In this document: piece after piece, positions 1 through 7,053 of the stretch
How positions within the stretch are numbered: the stretch's first letter is position 1
Layout of the letters: every line of letters begins with the position of its first letter
IMG/VR virus record: IMGVR_UViG_3300020044_007794
Coordinates: 1 to 25,334 of that record
Length of the DNA: 25,334 bases
Reading direction: 5' to 3' (one strand)
Source of the DNA: a virus
Lineage: Duplodnaviria; Caudoviricetes
The notes under the pieces: model-generated
Told to the model about the DNA's origin: nothing
Database searches by the model: none
Seen by the model: the letters and a program-made list of their open reading frames with translations, nothing else
Made by a program: the position numbers and the translations under genes

Positions 1-432
1 CTCTTGGACTAACGCCGTGACGGCTTCGCATTGAACGTCACTTAAAATGGCTGCTGCTGGGGCTTTGGCCGCGTTGCCGTCATCATCCTCGGGGGCAATA
101 CCGCAGGCCGTCATGAGGCTGTATCGACGGGCATAGGTCAATGCCGAGCCATAACCTTGCGGGTCTTGCTTGCTTGCTGGGACGTGAAACCTGCCACAAC
201 GCAAAGCTTCGCCTGATTCGTGCAAAAACACGGTTTCAACCGTTACACCGGTCGGGTCGTCGAATGTTTCCTGATACAAGACAATTCCAGCATCACGGCA
301 TGGCTTATCGACCGCCTCAAGGCAAGCGCCGAGGTCAGCGTATTTGCTCCTGAATGCGGGGTTTGTTTTTTCTTTGAGCGCTGGCCCAAATTGGTTTTTA
401 GCTCTTAACAGAGCCGCTGCTATTAACTTCAT
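1..432 (-). CDS. erf: ERF-family single-strand annealing recombinase (3' end runs off the window)
   Basis: Not in the ORF track. Manual translation from ATG at 432 gives MKLIAAALLRAKNQFGPALKEKTNPAFRSKYADL...QGYGSALTYARRYSLMTACGIAPEDDDGN, which contains the ERF signature GSxxTYARRY...EDDDG. AGGA RBS upstream. Confidence 0.92.
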   Translation of the reverse strand, partial: MKLIAAALLRAKNQFGPALKEKTNPAFRSKYADLGACLEAVDKPCRDAGIVLYQETFDDPTGVTVETVFLHESGEALRCGRFHVPASKQDPQGYGSALTYARRYSLMTACGIAPEDDDGNAAKAPAAAILSDVQCEAVTALVQE

Positions 433-442
433 TTTGCTATTC

Positions 443-625
443 CTAGATTAAAAAATCAGCCTTACGGGTGGCTGAAAAACCCTGTCCAAAGTTTTGGTTC
501 TCTGTTTTGCGCTCAACTTGCGTCAGTAGCTTCTCCTTCAAAACCACCTCGCCAAGCCAGCCGTTACCATCAAAACTATCGTCATTTTCTTGCAGCTCGA
601 AAACCGCCTGTCCCGTGTAACTCAT
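443..625 (-). CDS. hypothetical protein, first gene of promoter cassette 1
   Basis: ORF directly downstream of the repeated promoter/hairpin, with an AAAGG RBS; stop lies 10 nt before the erf start. Confidence 0.6.
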   Translation of the reverse strand: MSYTGQAVFELQENDDSFDGNGWLGEVVLKEKLLTQVERKTENQNFGQGFSATRKADFLI

Positions 626-647
626 AATTTGCAGCCTTTTTTATATC

Positions 648-737
648 CCTGCAAAATCGCAGGCATAAATGAATTATAAAGCATAAATTGATTATTGGAA
701 TACATCAACCAATTTATTTTCTAGGGGTTTACCCTAG
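648..737 (-). promoter_or_regulatory. repeated operator + sigma70 promoter + stem-loop cassette, copy 1
   Basis: Minus strand reads CTAGGGTAAACCCCTAG-AAAATAAAT...TTCCAA-N16-TATAAT-TCATTTATG-CCTGC GATTTT GCAGG; homologous to the copies at 8686, 10472 and 11130. Confidence 0.8.
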
Positions 738-872
738 GTTGCGCAAAATAATTACAACGAATGAGACGACGGCGCAAATTGCAACAACCCAGCCAAGCGG
801 CGTGAGGTCGCGCCCGACGCGGGTGTGTTCAATGCCGTAATCTGGATGATACTGACGGGGGCGCTGATTCAT
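729..872 (-). CDS. small membrane protein (47 aa, C-terminal hydrophobic helix)
   Basis: MNQRPRQYHPDYG...LGWVVAICAVVSFVVIILRNLG. ATGA coupling to the upstream ORF supports a start at 872 rather than 1157. Confidence 0.65.
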   Translation of the reverse strand: MNQRPRQYHPDYGIEHTRVGRDLTPLGWVVAICAVVSFVVIILRNLG

Positions 873-997
873 GACGGTCTCGCTGAAATTGATGTTGCTT
901 GCGGGAAAATATCGAAGCCAAGCACCACGGCATGGCTGGAACTGGTGGCTAGCACTGTGATGCTGCCTTGGCTTGTTTTGACGGTGTAGGAGCTCAT
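869..997 (-). CDS. hypothetical protein (42 aa)
   Basis: Manual translation MSSYTVKTSQGSITVLATSSSHAVVLGFDIFPQATSISARPS; ATGA overlaps at both ends tile the operon. Confidence 0.6.
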   Translation of the reverse strand: MSSYTVKTSQGSITVLATSSSHAVVLGFDIFPQATSISARPS

Positions 998-1206
998 ACA
1001 GCACCGCCTGTGGATTTGTGAATGGCATTGTTGGCCTGGCCAAGTGCAGGCTCGTGGCCATCATTAATAGCATCGCGCAGGTCTTTGAGTGCCGCCAGCA
1101 ACTCGTCGCGCTGCACTTTGTAAAAATGCGCATCACACAGTCCGCTTGCAGGCGCAATATTTAGCCCAAAGCTGCCGCACCTTGCGTAAGAGCATCGGGC
1201 GCTCAT
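994..1206 (-). CDS. hypothetical protein with Cys/His cluster and ELLAAL helix
   Basis: MSARCSYARC...CDAH...DELLAALKDL; GGAGG RBS and ATGA overlap with 1203..1466. Confidence 0.7.
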   Translation of the reverse strand: MSARCSYARCGSFGLNIAPASGLCDAHFYKVQRDELLAALKDLRDAINDGHEPALGQANNAIHKSTGGAV

Positions 1207-1466
1207 ACTGACCTCCACAATCCCAAGTACTTGACAGCCTGACCCCTACCCCACGTCTGGCCTTCTTTAACTTCAACCCCGTGGGTTCTGGCTGTGTATA
1301 AATCAAACGACTTGCAGCCGATACTGCGGATGTATTCGTGGGTCTTAGCATCGTAAATGTAAACATCGTCGTCATTGATTGACGATAGCGGGATGACTTG
1401 GATGCTCTGCTCTTGCGGTATATACGGCGCAAGTGCTGCCTGAATTGCTGGGTGTAGTGCGTTCAT
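1203..1466 (-). CDS. hypothetical protein, first gene of the leftward early operon
   Basis: 87-aa ORF with GGAG RBS, coupled to the next gene. Confidence 0.7.
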   Translation of the reverse strand: MNALHPAIQAALAPYIPQEQSIQVIPLSSINDDDVYIYDAKTHEYIRSIGCKSFDLYTARTHGVEVKEGQTWGRGQAVKYLGLWRSV

Positions 1467-1502
1467 TTCTCAATCTCCAAAAGTTAAAACATCGAGTTCA
1501 AA

Positions 1503-1679
1503 TAGCAATTGAATGGGGCACTTCCAGCCGGTACGCCTTGTACTTTGGATTCACTGGTCGCTACTCACAGCGCTCGTCAAACGCTGCCCCTCACGCACGC
1601 ATTAAGTTCTGTTGCAGTTGACCGCTGCTCATACTGTTTAGCCCGGTGGATGCGTCCACAATGCCCCAATCAATTGCTA
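1503..1679 (-). ncRNA. candidate structured ncRNA / leader RNA
   Basis: A 17/18-bp inverted repeat (1503-1520 and 1662-1679) encloses several small hairpins in an untranslated leader. Confidence 0.5.
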
Positions 1680-1799
1680 CTCTCTACATCACTACAAAGC
1701 ACGCCTCATTGAGACTAAAACCGCCGCGCCCCTCGGGTTGGCTGATAGCTAGGTATGCGGACTAGCTGGGTTTGTTCGCTTTGTTTTGACTTGATGCAT

Positions 1800-1910
1800 C
1801 TACTTTACCCAAGATTTAAAAAAAAAGAATAGGGGTTTACCCTAGGTTTTGCACTTTTTTGACCTAGGGTAAACCCCAATAGACAAACCAAAAAAAAGGA
1901 TGATAATTTT
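1800..1910. promoter_or_regulatory. divergent early promoters with paired operators
   Basis: Perfect 16-bp inverted repeat GGGGTTTACCCTAGGT (1832-1847) / ACCTAGGGTAAACCCC (1862-1877). Rightward TAGACA-N16-GATAAT at 1880-1907; leftward -10-like TAAAGT near 1802-1807. Gene orientation switches here. Confidence 0.75.
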
Positions 1911-1915
1911 GAACT

Positions 1916-2092
1916 ATGAACCAATACACCATGCATGAGGCTTATTTAGCACAACACTTATGGACTGAGGCAAAGGAAGCCGTCAAGGTGTACGCAAGCG
2001 ACCAAGACCATGCGGCTGCTGTGGTTGCGGTTCTAACCGAGGCGCTAATCCTAGCTGGTGGCGCTATATTTTTAAAACCAACTGAGGAGTGA
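1916..2092 (+). CDS. hypothetical protein (58 aa) at the cro position, probably leaderless
   Basis: Manual translation MNQYTMHEAYLAQHLWTEAKEAVKVYASDQDHAAAVVAVLTEALILAGGAIFLKPTEE; ATG 8 nt after the -10 box. Confidence 0.65.
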   Translation: MNQYTMHEAYLAQHLWTEAKEAVKVYASDQDHAAAVVAVLTEALILAGGAIFLKPTEE

Positions 2093-2094
2093 TT

Positions 2095-2313
2095 TTGTCC
2101 CTAAACAAGAAAGACGCAGAGTACAACGCGAGGATGTTCAAAGCCTTCGCGGCTAAAAAGCCACGTAATGCAGTGCCAAGCATAACCGTCACAAACGCAA
2201 CCACGACGGGCATTTATAGAGGAACACCAATGCAGTCTCCACGCGCTGATGCTGACCAACACCTGACTATTCCAAGCCGTGGAATAAGCAAGCAAATAAC
2301 GAGGGCGCTATGA
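2095..2313 (+). CDS. hypothetical protein
   Basis: TTG start after GAGGAG (alternative GTG at 2089); ATGA overlap with the next gene. Confidence 0.6.
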   Translation: MSLNKKDAEYNARMFKAFAAKKPRNAVPSITVTNATTTGIYRGTPMQSPRADADQHLTIPSRGISKQITRAL

Positions 2314-2693
2314 CTAAGCCACACTGGGAAACCGTCCTAAATATCGCAGACCGACTGGCCGCGTCTGGTGTAGTGTCTAGTCGTGATATTAGAGACATCC
2401 GCAGCGCCGCGTATCAGCTCGAATTATGGTTCACGGCTTTGCAAGAACTGCGCGAAGAGTGCGAAGCTGCGCGGATTAAAAGACACGAGCAGGATGAGGC
2501 TTTGATGGCTCTATCTGATGTGTTTTTTCACGCTGCTAAATTTGCAAGCCAAGAGATAACAATGGACGCTTTTGCCACAGCAGTAAGAGACAAAGCCGGA
2601 TTTAAAAACATCATGGCTATGGCCTACGGGCGCGATAGTGTAGGAGCGCTGCTTCCGCCTAAAAAACAACGTAAACAGAAAGTTACATCATGA
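2310..2693 (+). CDS. hypothetical protein
   Basis: 127-aa ORF with ATGA coupling on both sides. Confidence 0.7.
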   Translation: MTKPHWETVLNIADRLAASGVVSSRDIRDIRSAAYQLELWFTALQELREECEAARIKRHEQDEALMALSDVFFHAAKFASQEITMDAFATAVRDKAGFKNIMAMAYGRDSVGALLPPKKQRKQKVTS

Positions 2694-2890
2694 ATGATTT
2701 TAAATGGAGTAACCAGCCCGTAAGGCTGACCAACGATTACAGCCGTTGCACTGGCAACACCTGCGAGCAGGCTAATCAGTGCCTACGTTACACCGACAAA
2801 GGCACTAGCGACCGCATAAGCACGCATGATGCGGTTTATGGATGCATCGGATTTATACCTAATAAATCAATCAAAGAAAGTACAAAATGA
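2690..2890 (+). CDS. small Cys-rich protein
   Basis: SRCTGNTC...CLRY...C pattern; coupled to its neighbours. Confidence 0.65.
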   Translation: MNDFKWSNQPVRLTNDYSRCTGNTCEQANQCLRYTDKGTSDRISTHDAVYGCIGFIPNKSIKESTK

Positions 2891-3048
2891 ATGATTTTGA
2901 ATGGCGCAGCCAGCCGTCAGAAATCGCCAAAACCATACGCCGAAGCGCATTGATTTTGAGGCCGCTTAAACAGCCTCCCAGTGCAGCTAATCAATCGGTT
3001 CAAAAAGTTAAACAACAACCCGTAAAAAGAAAGAGCACAACATCATGA
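2887..3048 (+). CDS. hypothetical protein (53 aa)
   Basis: Manual translation MNDFEWRSQPSEIAKTIRR...KRKSTTS; fills the gap with ATGA overlaps at both ends. Confidence 0.55.
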   Translation: MNDFEWRSQPSEIAKTIRRSALILRPLKQPPSAANQSVQKVKQQPVKRKSTTS

Positions 3049-3281
3049 CACCACTACAAATTAAACATCAAATAGAAACCGCGACAAACATGGCTGAGCG
3101 CAACGGCTTTGAACTTGAGGTTGGCCATGACATTGTAATTATTGCCCGCCGTGACCCGTATGTAATGGATACCACGGTTCAAAGCCTGCCAAGTTTTGAC
3201 GCCGTTATTTGGTACTTTAAAGGCTACGAACAACAAGCGTTTGAGCGCAAAGAACTTGACCGCGCAAAGGATGCATCATGA
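3045..3281 (+). CDS. hypothetical protein
   Basis: 78-aa ORF, translationally coupled. Confidence 0.7.
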   Translation: MTPLQIKHQIETATNMAERNGFELEVGHDIVIIARRDPYVMDTTVQSLPSFDAVIWYFKGYEQQAFERKELDRAKDAS

Positions 3282-3544
3282 ATGATTTTATTGGGGCTCA
3301 GCTTGAGCGACAGGTTAGGCCGCTTGGTTGGTGGGCACGGCGGCGCGTGAACCGCTTGGACGTGATGCTGGCTGGCCTGCACGCCAAGCTGGAATCAACG
3401 AAGGGCACTATTCGGCTGGCGGCGCAAGGCTCAATAATTCCCGGGCTTCTCGTATCCGCCTTGCAAGAGCTGCCCAAGCTGATCGCTGAGCTTGAAGAGA
3501 AAAAGCGGCAAATTGAGCGCCCCACCAAAGAAAGTGCATCATGA
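3278..3544 (+). CDS. hypothetical protein (coiled-coil-like)
   Basis: 88-aa ORF, translationally coupled. Confidence 0.65.
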   Translation: MNDFIGAQLERQVRPLGWWARRRVNRLDVMLAGLHAKLESTKGTIRLAAQGSIIPGLLVSALQELPKLIAELEEKKRQIERPTKESAS

Positions 3545-3801
3545 CCACATTTTTAAAAACACGTGCCCGGCACAATGACTGCGACACTAGCAAAGCCGCT
3601 GCAAAGTACGCAACAACAGGCAAGGCCGCTACTGAGCGCAAAGCTATAGCCCAGGCCGTGAAACAAGCAAATGGCGGCATGACTGCTATGGAGGTGGCTA
3701 ACACCACGGGCATTGATTACGTGGCCGTGCAGCGCCGCATTGCAGAGTGCGGGTTGACCAAAACAGAGCAGCGCCGGGATGGCCGGGCGGTGTGGGTATG
3801 A
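3541..3801 (+). CDS. winged-helix DNA-binding protein
   Basis: N-terminal ARxxDxxTSxxAA motif followed by GMTAMEVANTTGIDYVAVQRRIAE (HTH) and a terminal wing (RDGRAVWV). Confidence 0.7.
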   Translation: MTTFLKTRARHNDCDTSKAAAKYATTGKAATERKAIAQAVKQANGGMTAMEVANTTGIDYVAVQRRIAECGLTKTEQRRDGRAVWV

Positions 3802-3989
3802 ATGAATTAGCCGAACGTGTCAGGAAAATTGAACATAAGATTTTCCACGACCATTTCCAAAACTACAAGCGCCATGCCATACAGAGAGCGCAGCTTTTAA
3901 TCGCAGACATCCCATACAACATTGGAAAAAATGCATACGGCTCAAGCGTGAGACAATCTGGTGCAGCCCGCATTGTGTGCCTGAAATAG
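3798..3989 (+). pseudogene. 5' fragment of an N4/N6 amino-DNA methyltransferase
   Basis: FHDHFQNYKRHAIQRAQLLIADIPYNIGKNAYGSS carries the catalytic DPPY-like motif (DIPY). The ORF stops at 63 aa with no SAM-binding motif I downstream. Confidence 0.7.
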
Positions 3990-4009
3990 TTACACAGTCG
4001 GGGCTTTTC
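3965..4009 (+). terminator. possible intrinsic terminator
   Basis: Imperfect stem AGCCCG..TTGTGT / ACACAG..CGGGGCT followed by a short T run. Confidence 0.4.
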
Positions 4010-4026
4010 TGAGTAGAAAACACTGA

Positions 4027-4125
4027 TAGAATAGCATTATGAACCCGGATAGGTTGGGAGTAATTACCCAGCCGAAGAGTGAACCCTACACCTGCCGGAG
4101 TTTCTTTTTAGGGCGCATAGGTGAA
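4027..4125 (+). promoter_or_regulatory. promoter and structured 5' leader of the replication operon
   Basis: -10 TAGAAT at about 4027; nested stems CCGG-A-TAGG/CCTG-CCGG and GGTTGGG/CCCAGCC; CCCTACACCT is complementary to the downstream TAGGG and AGGTG (RBS). Confidence 0.5.
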
Positions 4126-4130
4126 AAACA

Positions 4131-4319
4131 ATGACAGACGAACAGCGCGAGAAAAGCATAGCAGACCTCGCTATCTTGATAGACGGCGCAACCCAGCGCT
4201 GGGACAAAGATGGATGCTTTCACGCTAAAGGGCAGGCTGATTACTATCGCGCCCACATGGAGCAGCTAATCAAATGGCGCAGTCCTGAGCAGGCTGCACG
4301 CATGGCCGTGGCGGTTTGA
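4131..4319 (+). CDS. hypothetical protein
   Basis: 62-aa ORF with AGGTG RBS; TGATG overlap with the replication gene. Confidence 0.7.
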   Translation: MTDEQREKSIADLAILIDGATQRWDKDGCFHAKGQADYYRAHMEQLIKWRSPEQAARMAVAV

Positions 4320-5068
4320 TGCACTACTACCAACACCACATTGGTGATTACAGGCGGGACACGGCGCACCTGTCACTACTTGAGCACGGAGTTTATAGGC
4401 AGCTTCTGGACTGGGCCTATCTTGACAATGACCCAATACCCAAAGAAACCGAGACGGTTTACCGTCGGTTATCGGCGAGAACCGACGAGGAAAAAAAGGC
4501 CGTTGATATTGTGTTGGCCGAGTTCTTTTCACTCGATATTGGATACACACAAAAGCGTGCAGAGCTTGAAAAGCAGGCTTACGAGCGCAAAGCCGCTATC
4601 GCAAGGATAGCGGGGAAGCTAGGCGGTAGGCCGAGGAAAACCGAGGAGGTTATTTCTGGGTTAACTGAAAAAACCGACGCAAAAGCTAACCATGAACCAT
4701 TAACCATAAACCATAAACCAATAACCAATAAACCAAAGGAAGAAGAAGAGCGCGCCAAGGCGCTATCCCGCCCCGATGATGTTGAATTGCAAGTTTGGAC
4801 AGACTGGGTGAAATTGCGAAAAGCAAAAAAAGCGCCGGTGACGGAAACCGTTTTGAAGGCTGCCCGAAAAGAAGCCGGGCTTGCTGGTATGGCACTGGGG
4901 GCGTTTTTGGAGGTGTGGTGCGCTCGGGGCAGTCAAGGGTTATCTGCTGACTGGCTAAAGCCTAACGAGCGCGGCGCTGGGCAGCAGCACTTTAACAAAC
5001 AAGAGGCGCTGGAGGCATCCAATGCCGCCGTGGCTGCGAGATTTTTAAAGAATAATGGTTATGCATAA
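4319..5068 (+). CDS. phage replication initiator, YdaU/DUF1376 family
   Basis: MHYYQHHIGDYRRDTAHLSLLEHGVYRQLLDWAY N-terminus, GKLGGRP linker and C-terminal W.DW..LRKAKKAPVT domain. Confidence 0.88.
   Translation: MHYYQHHIGDYRRDTAHLSLLEHGVYRQLLDWAYLDNDPIPKETETVYRRLSARTDEEKKAVDIVLAEFFSLDIGYTQKRAELEKQAYERKAAIARIAGKLGGRPRKTEEVISGLTEKTDAKANHEPLTINHKPITNKPKEEEERAKALSRPDDVELQVWTDWVKLRKAKKAPVTETVLKAARKEAGLAGMALGAFLEVWCARGSQGLSADWLKPNERGAGQQHFNKQEALEASNAAVAARFLKNNGYA
4687..4735 (+). repeat. 7-nt period AACCA tandem repeats, candidate replication origin
   Basis: Seven AACCA units (TAACCAT GAACCAT TAACCAT AAACCAT AAACCAA TAACCAAT AAACCA) inside the initiator gene. Confidence 0.6.
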
Positions 5069-5702
5069 AAACGACACACAGGCGCTGATTAAAATGGTTA
5101 GCGAGGTTTTGGCCTACTATCGTCAGGATATGTCCGAGTTTATTTTGGGCGTGTGGATACAAGCCTGCGCGCCATACTCGCTAGAGCAAGTTTCAAAGGC
5201 GCTGACGGCTCACGCTACAGACCCGGACAAAGGCCAATTTGCGCCGAAGGTGGCCGACGTGGTGCGTGTACTTGCTGGAACGCACACCGACCGGGCGGCG
5301 CTGGCGTGGGGTAAGGTGCTGGGCGCTATGGGTGCGGTGGGGGCTTATAGCGACGTGGTATTTGACGACGCGGCCATACATGCGGTGATTGAAGACTTAG
5401 GCGGCTGGGTCAAAGTCTGCAGGGGCGAAACAGCCGAACTGAGCTACTTGCAGCACCGATTTTGCACCTCCTACAAAGCATATTCAGGGCGTGGTGGGTT
5501 TGAATACCAGCGGCGGCTAATTGGTGACCGTTCGCCTGATGATGCTTTTTATAAAAAAGGCCTGCCACTGCCAAAACCCGCGATTGTTGGGGATAAAGAA
5601 AAAGCCAAGTCAGTTTATTACGGCGGGAGCGCAGCCGCTAAAACAAGCATCACATTCAATCAAAACTTTGATGTCGCAAAATTGATAGGCGCAACCGTAT
5701 GA
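5061..5702 (+). CDS. replication partner, DUF6475-like (helicase loader/inhibitor position)
   Basis: Follows the initiator; FAPKVAD, AWGKV..A...VGAY.DVVFDD..IHAVI.DLGGW motifs. Confidence 0.75.
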   Translation: MHKNDTQALIKMVSEVLAYYRQDMSEFILGVWIQACAPYSLEQVSKALTAHATDPDKGQFAPKVADVVRVLAGTHTDRAALAWGKVLGAMGAVGAYSDVVFDDAAIHAVIEDLGGWVKVCRGETAELSYLQHRFCTSYKAYSGRGGFEYQRRLIGDRSPDDAFYKKGLPLPKPAIVGDKEKAKSVYYGGSAAAKTSITFNQNFDVAKLIGATV

Positions 5703-5893
5703 CCGATAAAACAACCAACGACGTGCTGGAGCATCTACACGCTGGCCTAGACACCGCCAATGCCATAAGGCGCGCCACTGGCCTGGCCATTGAATCCGTT
5801 TATCAGGCTTTGGTGGCACTTGAAGGCCGTGGGCTTGCCCGTGTAGTCGTTAGCGGAAGCCATTGTTATATTAAATCATGGGAGGCATTGTGA
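5699..5893 (+). CDS. small winged-helix protein
   Basis: TANAIRRATGLAIESVYQALVALEGRGLA pattern. Confidence 0.7.
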   Translation: MTDKTTNDVLEHLHAGLDTANAIRRATGLAIESVYQALVALEGRGLARVVVSGSHCYIKSWEAL

Positions 5894-6156
5894 TATGCAC
5901 AGACTGCCAAGCAGCAACAACAACGCTAGGCTACTCACGCCAATACAATGCGCCACTTTGCAAATATTGCACAGCGCGCATGATTCAACAATTGCCAAAA
6001 ATAGCGATAAGACTAGACATGGAGGCGGTCAAGGCGGCGCGGCTGAAGATATTGACCGAGGCCGTGAAGTGTGGGCATTCGGAGCAGGAAATCAGGGAGT
6101 TAGTGAAGTCAACAACAATGGCGGTTCAGCCGCTTCAACCAAAGGTTAAAAAATGA
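5890..6156 (+). CDS. putative Zn-finger protein
   Basis: CTDC...CKYC; GTG start after GGAGG. Confidence 0.7.
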   Translation: MICTDCQAATTTLGYSRQYNAPLCKYCTARMIQQLPKIAIRLDMEAVKAARLKILTEAVKCGHSEQEIRELVKSTTMAVQPLQPKVKK

Positions 6157-6578
6157 GTGAAATATTTTACAAAAAAGTCGGCCGCAAATATGTCCCCGTG
6201 GCAAGCGGTGAGCTTTATGACTACGACTTAAAAAAGGCCAACGGCTTTATTTTGACGCACAGAAAAGACTGCCAGACAGCCTACGAATACGAAGTGAAGC
6301 CCGACAATGCCAGTTTTGTCGCTGCGGCAATGGTGGCGAGGCAAGCAATGGAGGAGGCTATTCATGAGGCCTCAAAGATGCATCCGAGCGGAGGTGTAAA
6401 GGCATATACACCAAAACAGCGAAAAATCATCAAGCAGTTTCAGGAAGACATGGGGGGCATGGCACCGGTTTATTGGAGCAGCAAGACCAGCTGGGAAATT
6501 GCGCAGGCCGGAATTGATGCGGTGGCGAAGGGAGAAACAATGGCGGCGCAACCGCTTCAAGCGAAAGGTCAAAAATGA
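6153..6578 (+). CDS. hypothetical phage protein
   Basis: 141-aa coupled ORF beginning IFYKKVGRKYVPV. Confidence 0.8.
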   Translation: MSEIFYKKVGRKYVPVASGELYDYDLKKANGFILTHRKDCQTAYEYEVKPDNASFVAAAMVARQAMEEAIHEASKMHPSGGVKAYTPKQRKIIKQFQEDMGGMAPVYWSSKTSWEIAQAGIDAVAKGETMAAQPLQAKGQK

Positions 6579-6847
6579 AATTTGAACTTTCAACATTATT
6601 GCCAAAACCAAAAGTTATAGGAGTCGGTACATTGTGCGTCGGTGAAAAAGAAAAAGACGCGCAATTTTTTGAAGGTGATGCTGGCCATGACGACCGCGTG
6701 CTTGAGGAGTTAACCCGCGTGCAAATTGGGTGGGCAGCTACTGCTGGGATTAAGTTGACTGGTATGCAGTTCATTCGTTACAGCGCGAAGCTTGGGAAGC
6801 AATACGCCTATCAGGAGTGGTTCCTTCGGTATCTTAATCAACAGTAA
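6575..6847 (+). CDS. hypothetical protein
   Basis: 90-aa coupled ORF. Confidence 0.65.
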   Translation: MKFELSTLLPKPKVIGVGTLCVGEKEKDAQFFEGDAGHDDRVLEELTRVQIGWAATAGIKLTGMQFIRYSAKLGKQYAYQEWFLRYLNQQ

Positions 6848-6861
6848 TTCAAAGGCGAAAA

Positions 6862-7053
6862 ATGAAAATCACGTTAACGCTTGATTGTGAGCTGGTGCAT
6901 GTTTGCGGCGATGCGCCGCCGACAAAAAAAGAGCTGATGACCGCCGTTTTTGCACAGTGCCCTGTCCCTAGTCTAATCTGGCAGACTGACGTTGACGATG
7001 GCTGGCAGCTGCAGGTTGCAAGCGTGAAATATGAAATTAGAGGCGAAAAATGA
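6862..7053 (+). CDS. hypothetical protein
   Basis: 63-aa ORF flanked by exact AGGCGAAAAATGA repeats. Confidence 0.65.
   Translation: MKITLTLDCELVHVCGDAPPTKKELMTAVFAQCPVPSLIWQTDVDDGWQLQVASVKYEIRGEK

Noticed and set aside
141-408. Plus-strand ORFs 141..353 and 220..408
   Set aside because: They are shadows of the minus-strand erf gene, which has clear family motifs.
729-1432. Long versions 729..1157 and 1133..1432
   Set aside because: They overlap better-supported ATGA-coupled genes; only 729..872 was kept.
1640-1660. Leftward RNA as the antisense partner of the ant attenuator
   Set aside because: Only GCAUCC (6 nt) is shared and it is largely buried in a stem, which is too weak.
1433-1712. 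Plus-strand ORFs 1433..1621 and 1509..1712
   Set aside because: They run against the local transcription direction and lack an RBS; RNA structure explains the region better.
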